From Octopus sinensis (lineage: Eukaryota), in contig NC_043013.1 of assembly GCF_006345805.1 (NCBI RefSeq), positions 26,288,001 to 26,352,000 of the forward strand: a stretch of DNA of 64,000 nucleotides. Direction: 5' to 3'. Position 1 is the first letter of the stretch, and the number at the start of each line of letters is the position of its first letter. The position numbers and the translations under genes were made by a program. The notes under the pieces are model-generated. The model saw only the letters and a program-made list of their open reading frames with translations, had not been told where the DNA came from and ran no database searches. This document shows positions 62,899 through 64,000 of the stretch, piece after piece.

Positions 62899-64000
62899 CT
62901 GTAATAAGAAAATAGGCAATTAGAGGATGAGTAGCTAGGGAGGGGGGAGGGAGGGTTTTTGGTAGCTAAACACCAGTTGCTCATACATACATACATACAT
63001 ACATGTGTGTTTGCACGCACACACATACACACATGCTAGTGGTGGGGAGGGGAGTGTAGGTGGAGGAGGATGACTCCAAAACTGTGCAAGTCAGTTAAGG
63101 TTATGGAAGCGCCAGAAGTTCCAGAGTATCTCTATGACACAGGACCCCATCAATTTGTTGATATAGTTAATGAGACAGACTGGACAGTGATCGACAGGTG
63201 ATGCAGGGTCACCCATCTTGAACAGAGGAATAATACTGGCAATTTACCACTGCTCTGAGGTAATACAATTATCAAGAAATAATTGGGGAACTATGAAAAA
63301 GTGGTTTAGCAGAAAGAGCCTTCTGTATTTTAGAAAGAGCACCCATTACACTCTTGGAGTGGTTGGTGTTAGGAAGGGCATCCAGCCATAGAAACCAAAC
63401 CAAAACACAGACTGGAGCCTGGTGCAACTCTTCAGCTTACCAGTTCCAGTCAAACCGTCTAACCCATGCCAGCATGGAAAGTGGACGTTAAATGATCACG
63501 ATCATCATCAGGACCAGAAGCAGTCCATTTACTCATATTCTTGTGGTGGTACCACAGCATTGCAGGAGTAAATTCCACAGATGTTATGGAATTGGAAGCC
63601 AGTAGCAGTGAAGATATACATTTAGATTTTCAACCCAAAAAATATCAACAAAACATTGAACAATAAGTTTTGCATACACTTTGGGATTATCAGTAATCTG
63701 GCTTATGTGGAGGATTAAGAATAATCTGGCTCGTGTGGAGCATTGCAAAGAGGGTTGATTAGAGAATCAGGCCTCTAACTCAAATGCACATATTTCTAGA
63801 GCATTTTACCATCTGGGTTGGTTCCTATGTGTTATTCAAATTTAAGAACTGTCTCTTTTCTGTCACCTACATGAAATACTTTGATAGTCTTTTGCACCAT
63901 TTTCTCTTATCTTCTCTTCCATGTAATCTGTATCCATGTTCAGCATCTTGTCATTCCTTCCTCTGATAAGGCATGCTACTTCAGCACACCCCCCCCCCCC

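Overview
AT-rich, microsatellite-dense animal genomic DNA. The repeat content (tRNA-headed SINE families, RTE LINEs with (CAT)n tails, long CA/TA/CATA tracts) suggests an octopus/coleoid cephalopod; this is inference. There is one 100-N assembly gap at 29923-30022. Two spliced genes were built by hand on the minus strand from GT-AG sites and phase continuity. (1) A complete small PX-only sorting nexin of the SNX10/11 type: 5 coding exons, 62898->46189, 172 aa from the ATG at 62889. Its canonical PtdIns3P pocket is partly lost. (2) Downstream, the first six coding exons of a TRPM channel (27742->2315, 237 aa of MHR1/2, continuing off the window start), with a shortened N-terminus and altered SLOG motifs. 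Introns and intergenic DNA hold RTE, CR1-group, R4/Dong-like, HERO-like and Penelope-like retroelements, mariner and DD37D transposon relics, MITEs, SINEs and minisatellites. The most striking signal is a set of hammerhead ribozyme (HHR) motifs. A ~362-bp non-coding unit is arranged as tandem plus inverted copies (60451-61712) inside a SNX intron. It carries a minimal type I HHR with a non-canonical but compensatory U3:A8 core (UUGAAAA) and a palindromic stem III, consistent with a retrozyme-like, circRNA-forming element that a canonical CUGANGA search would miss. Canonical HHRs also occur at the 3' end of the Penelope element (54733-54775) and in sense orientation in TRPM intron 1 (26071-26155). 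No searches or folding programs were run; all calls come from reading the sequence.
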